NCBI GenBank assembly: GCA_027490915.1
Contig: JAIXXG010000035.1
Span: forward strand, 19,582-83,581
Reading direction: 5' to 3'
Source: Microbacteriaceae bacterium
GTDB lineage: Bacteria > Actinomycetota > Actinomycetes > Actinomycetales > Microbacteriaceae
Length of the DNA: 64,000 bases
Below are positions 58,529 to 64,000 of the stretch, in pieces. Each line of letters begins with the position of its first letter. Within the stretch, counting starts at the first letter, position 1. The position numbers and the translations under genes are program-made. The notes under the pieces were generated by a model, which saw only the letters and a list, made by a program, of their open reading frames with translations, had not been told where the DNA came from and searched no databases.

Positions 58529-59470
58529 CTACGGCAGCAGGTCCCGCAGCAGCCCGCGCACGCGAGCGTCGATGTCGTCGCGGATGCCGCGCACCGTGTC
58601 GAGCGGCTGGCCGGCCGGATCGTCGACCGCCCAGTCGAGGTAGCGACGGCCCGGGTAGACCGGGCAGGCGTCGCCGCACCCCATGGTGACCACGACATCG
58701 GCGGCGCGCACGACATCGTCGGTGAGCGGCTTCGGGAACTCCCCGCCGAGCGGCACCCCGATCTCGTCGAGCGCCGTGACGACGGCCGGGCGGATCGCGT
58801 CGATCGGCGCCGACCCGGCCGTGCGCACCCGCACCCTCTCTCCGCCCAGGTGGCGCATGATCGCGGCGGCCAGCTGCGAGCGGCCGGCGTTCTGCACGCA
58901 GACGAACAGCACCTCGAGCGGTTCACCGGCCCCCCGAGCGCGCCGCGCCTCGAGGTCGGCCCCGCGCTGCTGGGCGCTCAGCCGGTCGGCCGCGAACTGC
59001 GCGGTCGCCGAGGGAAGCGCCCGCCCGGCGCCGTCGCGCTCGCGCAGCAGGTCGTAGCTCTCGAGCACCACCCGCTGCACGGTCTCGCGCGAGAAGGTTC
59101 CGGCGAACCGGGTGCCGAGGTCGTCGATGATGCGGCCGAGCAGCGCCCCGCTGACCGTGCCGTCGCCGTCGGGCGCCGCCCACTCCTCGAGGCGAGCCGC
59201 GACCGGCTCGGCCAGCGCGTACCAGACCTCGCGCCCCTGCGGGCGCCGCTCGAGCAGCCCGGCCTCGTGCAGCACCCGCAGGTGGTGCGACACCGTCGGC
59301 TGCCGCAGCCCGAGCGCGGCGGTCAGGCGGCCGACCGTCAGCGCGCGGTCGGGGGCCTCGAGCAGCAGGCGGGCGATCGCCCCGCGGGTCGCGTCGCCGA
59401 GCACCGTGAGCTCGGGGGCGAGCACGTCGGCGGCCCGGCTCGGGCCGGCGGGTGGCGCGGACGCTCGCAT
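58529..59470 (-). CDS. ArsR-family HTH regulator fused to a helical linker domain and an LMW-PTP/ArsC-like domain
   Basis: ArsR wHTH (RLTAALGLRQPTVSHHLRVLHEAGLL) with no Cys in the first ~195 aa. C-terminal FVCVQNAGRS and MGCGDACP. TAGACT (complement of 59478-59483) lies 7 nt upstream of the ATG. Confidence 0.85.
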   Translation of the reverse strand: MRASAPPAGPSRAADVLAPELTVLGDATRGAIARLLLEAPDRALTVGRLTAALGLRQPTVSHHLRVLHEAGLLERRPQGREVWYALAEPVAARLEEWAAPDGDGTVSGALLGRIIDDLGTRFAGTFSRETVQRVVLESYDLLRERDGAGRALPSATAQFAADRLSAQQRGADLEARRARGAGEPLEVLFVCVQNAGRSQLAAAIMRHLGGERVRVRTAGSAPIDAIRPAVVTALDEIGVPLGGEFPKPLTDDVVRAADVVVTMGCGDACPVYPGRRYLDWAVDDPAGQPLDTVRGIRDDIDARVRGLLRDLLP

Positions 59471-59484
59471 AGACCCGAGTCTAT
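59469..59484. promoter_or_regulatory. perfect palindromic operator ATAGAC-ccga-GTCTAT in the 35-bp divergent arsR-fusion/MIP region
   Basis: 6-bp perfect arms. Overlaps the arsR-fusion start codon and -10, and lies about 10 nt upstream of the MIP -10 (TACAGT 59494-59499). Confidence 0.55.
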
Positions 59485-59505
59485 GCGATGCCCTACAGTG
59501 TGCGG

Positions 59506-60222
59506 GTGACCGACCAGCGCGACCTCCCTGCCGCCACGCCCGCCGCCCCGCCCCGCCCCCTCGGGGTGCGGATGCTCGCCGAAGCCCTCGGCAGCGCGGG
59601 CCTCATCGCCACCGTCGTGGGCTCGGGCATCATGGCGACCCGCCTGACCGACGACGTCGGGCTGCTGCTGCTGATCAACGCCCTCGCCACCGCGGCCGCC
59701 CTCGTCGTGCTCATCGTTGTGCTCGGGCCCGTCAACGGCGCGCACCTCAACCCCGCTGTCACCGGCGCGCTCGCCGCCATCGGGCGGGTGCCCGCTCGGG
59801 AGATCCTGCCGACCATCGCCGCGCAGCTCGTCGGATTCGCCGCGGGCGCGGTGCTGGCCAACCTCATGTACGGCGGTGCGGCGGTCTCCCTCAGCACCAC
59901 CGAGCGCGCCGGGCTGCCCCTGCTGCTGGGCGAGGTGGTGGCGACGGCGGGGCTCGTGGCGGTCATCCTGACGCTCGTGCTGCGCGACCAGACCGCCTGG
60001 GTGCCCGCCGCTGTCGGCCTGTACATCGGCAGCGCCTACTTCGTCACGAGCTCGACGAGCTTCGCCAACCCGGGCATCACGCTCGGGCGGATGCTGAGCG
60101 ACTCGTTCGCCGGCATCGCGCCCGCGAGCGCCCCGGCCTACATCGCCGCGCAGCTCGTCGGGGCGGCGATCGGCGTGCTCATCGCACGGTTCGTCATCGT
60201 GCCGCGCGGCGTGCGCCGCTAG
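59506..60222 (+). CDS. MIP/aquaporin family channel (candidate arsenite channel)
   Basis: First NPA box HLNPAVT, second box ANPGITLGR, 6 TM segments. Start chosen at GTG 59506 (TACAGT 6 nt upstream). Track start is ATG 59488, in frame. Confidence 0.8.
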   Translation: MTDQRDLPAATPAAPPRPLGVRMLAEALGSAGLIATVVGSGIMATRLTDDVGLLLLINALATAAALVVLIVVLGPVNGAHLNPAVTGALAAIGRVPAREILPTIAAQLVGFAAGAVLANLMYGGAAVSLSTTERAGLPLLLGEVVATAGLVAVILTLVLRDQTAWVPAAVGLYIGSAYFVTSSTSFANPGITLGRMLSDSFAGIAPASAPAYIAAQLVGAAIGVLIARFVIVPRGVRR

Positions 60223-60866
60223 AGCTCGACGGCGTCGAGCCCCTGCGAGCGCGCCAGGCGTACCACGGCCGCCGCCAGCTCGTCGCGCTGGCGGCGCATG
60301 CCCGCCTTGCCGCTCGCGGCGTCGGCGGCGAGGCTCCAGGTCTGCAGAGCGGGCCCGGCCAGGTCGTCGAGCGGGTCGCCGCAGTCGAACTGCACCACGA
60401 CGTCGGCTGCGCCGACGAACTCGGGGGTGATGGGCTTCGGGTACTCCCCGATCGTCGAAACCCCGCGCTCGTCGAGCGACTCGATCACGGCGGGCAGGAT
60501 GCGCGCCACCGGCGAGACCCCCGCACTCGTCACCCGCACCCCGGGCGCGACGGCCGCGCGCATGAGAGCCGCCGCCAGCTGCGAGCGACCGCCGTTGCCC
60601 GCGCAGACGAACAGGAACGACGGGGGCGACCCGGCGCGCCCCCGGGCGACCGCCGTCCAGCGCAGAGCCTCGAGCCGATCGCCGGCCAGCTGCGCGGTCA
60701 GCGAGCGGGCGTGAGCGGCGGGGTGGTCGAGGTGCCGGTAGCGGCGGGCGCTGTCGATGACGAGCGCGTGCACCTGCTCGGCGCTCGCCACCCGGGCGTA
60801 CCGCCGGGCGAGACGATCGGCGACGGCGTCGAGCACATCGACCGCGCGCGGGGCGTGCAGGGTCAC
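60219..60866 (-). CDS. LMW-PTP/ArsC-like protein with an N-terminal helical domain
   Basis: P-loop FVCAGNGGRS. N-terminal helices resemble the linker of the ArsR fusion (AQLAGDRLEA vs AQFAADRLSA). The GCGDAC pair is replaced by DCGDPL. GAGGAGG SD. Confidence 0.75.
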   Translation of the reverse strand: MTLHAPRAVDVLDAVADRLARRYARVASAEQVHALVIDSARRYRHLDHPAAHARSLTAQLAGDRLEALRWTAVARGRAGSPPSFLFVCAGNGGRSQLAAALMRAAVAPGVRVTSAGVSPVARILPAVIESLDERGVSTIGEYPKPITPEFVGAADVVVQFDCGDPLDDLAGPALQTWSLAADAASGKAGMRRQRDELAAAVVRLARSQGLDAVEL

Positions 60867-60923
60867 GACGCCTCCTCGGGCGCGGCGACAGCTCTGGCGA
60901 GCATCCCCCCGGTCATGGCCCCA

Positions 60924-60956
60924 GTGAACGCGAGGGCTGTGAACGGTCGGTGAACG
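60924..60956. promoter_or_regulatory. three direct repeats of GTGAACG (GTTCAC on the minus strand), PHO-box-like
   Basis: Copies start at 60924, 60939 and 60950 (spacing 15 and 11 nt), 50-82 nt upstream of the ppk1 ATG. Confidence 0.45.
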
Positions 60957-61005
60957 CCGGGCGACCGCAGGCGGGCGGGCGCGGGTTTGCTGTCAGAATG
61001 GCGCC

Positions 61006-63194
<2,189 letters not shown>

Positions 63195-63198
<4 letters not shown>

Positions 63199-64000
63199 GC
63201 TCCGCATCCGCCCCCGCGACAGCGCGCCCGCCGCAGGCGGAGGCCGTGCAGGCCGCCGGGGCGCTCGTCTGGAAGATGGTCGACGGCAAGGCGCGCGTGC
63301 TGCTCGTGCACCGCACGCAGCACAAAGACGTGTCTCTGCCCAAGGGCAAGGTCGACCCCGGCGAGACTCTGCCGCACACCGCCGTGCGCGAGATCGCGGA
63401 GGAGACCGGCTTCGCCGTCGTGCTCGGCGCCCCCCTCGGAACGGTCGAGTACCAGCTGCCGAACGGCCGTGACAAGGTCGTGCACTACTGGTCGGCCGAG
63501 GTGGATGCGGGCCACGCCGAGCGGCACAGCTATGAAGCGAACGGCGAGATCCGCGCGCTCGAGTGGGTGCCGCTCGCGAAGGCGGCAAAGCACCTCACCT
63601 ACGAGCACGACGCCGAGATCGTGGAGCGCTTCGCCGCGCAGCTCGATGCCGGGCTCGCCCGCACCTTCGCGCTCATCGTGCTGCGGCACGGCAAGGCGAT
63701 GCCGCACGAGCGGTGGGACGGCCCCGATCACACCCGCCCGCTGCTGCATCTCGGGCTGGAGCAGTCGCAGTCGGTCGCCGGCGGCATCGCGGCCTACGGC
63801 CCGACCGTCCTCGTCTCGAGCCCGGCCGCGCGCTGCGTCGCAACGATCGCTCCGACGGCGGCCGCGACGGCGCTGGCCGTGAAGCACGCGACGAGCATCA
63901 GCCAAGACGCGTACGCCTCCGACGGCGAGCGCGTGCGGCGGCAGGTCGCGAAGCGTCTCGGTCGTCAGCAGACCACGGTGCTCTGCAGTCACGGGCCGGT
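63195..64000 (+). CDS. NUDIX hydrolase fused to a histidine-phosphatase domain (MutT1-like), 3' end outside window
   Basis: Not in the ORF track because no stop occurs before the window end. ATGA overlap with the ppk1 stop. My translation gives the Nudix box [22 protein letters not shown], then LIVLRHGKA and LCSHGP histidine-phosphatase motifs. Confidence 0.8.

Overview
High-GC (about 70%) Actinomycetota chromosomal segment. The gene order looks Micrococcales/Microbacteriaceae-like, but that taxon call is inference. I support about 56 protein genes and 2 tRNAs, densely packed on both strands. Content in order: sugar ABC permease and an ABC exporter; a DUF305/DUF3105 pair; reverse transsulfuration (cbs plus a cystathionine gamma-lyase-like gene); an L-arabinose locus (LacI/AraR-like regulator, araD-araB-araA, ChvE/MmsAB-type sugar ABC transporter); MFS and SLC13 transporters; cls; AI-2E permease; pepA; tRNA-Ser; pta-ackA; dnaX-recR; lysC-asd; two SGNH hydrolases; CDF, IclR and TauE genes; mqo; a Leloir galactose cluster (galK, galT, DeoR, mutarotase); a 2,021-aa secreted repeat protein; tRNA-Lys; a cupredoxin/lipoprotein/SigK-RskA module; an arsenic-type cluster; ppk1 and a MutT1-like NUDIX gene. 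I found no transposase, integrase, phage gene, CRISPR array or recognisable defence system. Observations most worth a second look: (1) the giant surface protein has ten alternating Cys-x16-Cys / Cys-x14-Cys modules, and its last 13 codons and TAA stop lie inside the antisense of tRNA-Lys; (2) a (GGCA)15 tetranucleotide microsatellite and a 17-bp inverted repeat sit between the two SGNH hydrolase genes; (3) the ars-like cluster has three LMW-PTP/ArsC paralogs, a Cys-free ArsR HTH fused to an ArsC-like domain, a MIP channel where ArsB/Acr3 would be expected, and a duplicated palindromic operator; (4) a 26-nt motif is shared upstream of the cupredoxin operon and sigK, next to a 380-nt noncoding region with a 19-nt inverted repeat; (5) GTTCAC direct repeats (PHO-box-like) lie upstream of ppk1; (6) TAnnnT hexamers recur 6-7 nt upstream of start codons (leaderless architecture), and I used this to refine several starts. 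All calls come from reading the sequence and ORF translations. No searches were run.
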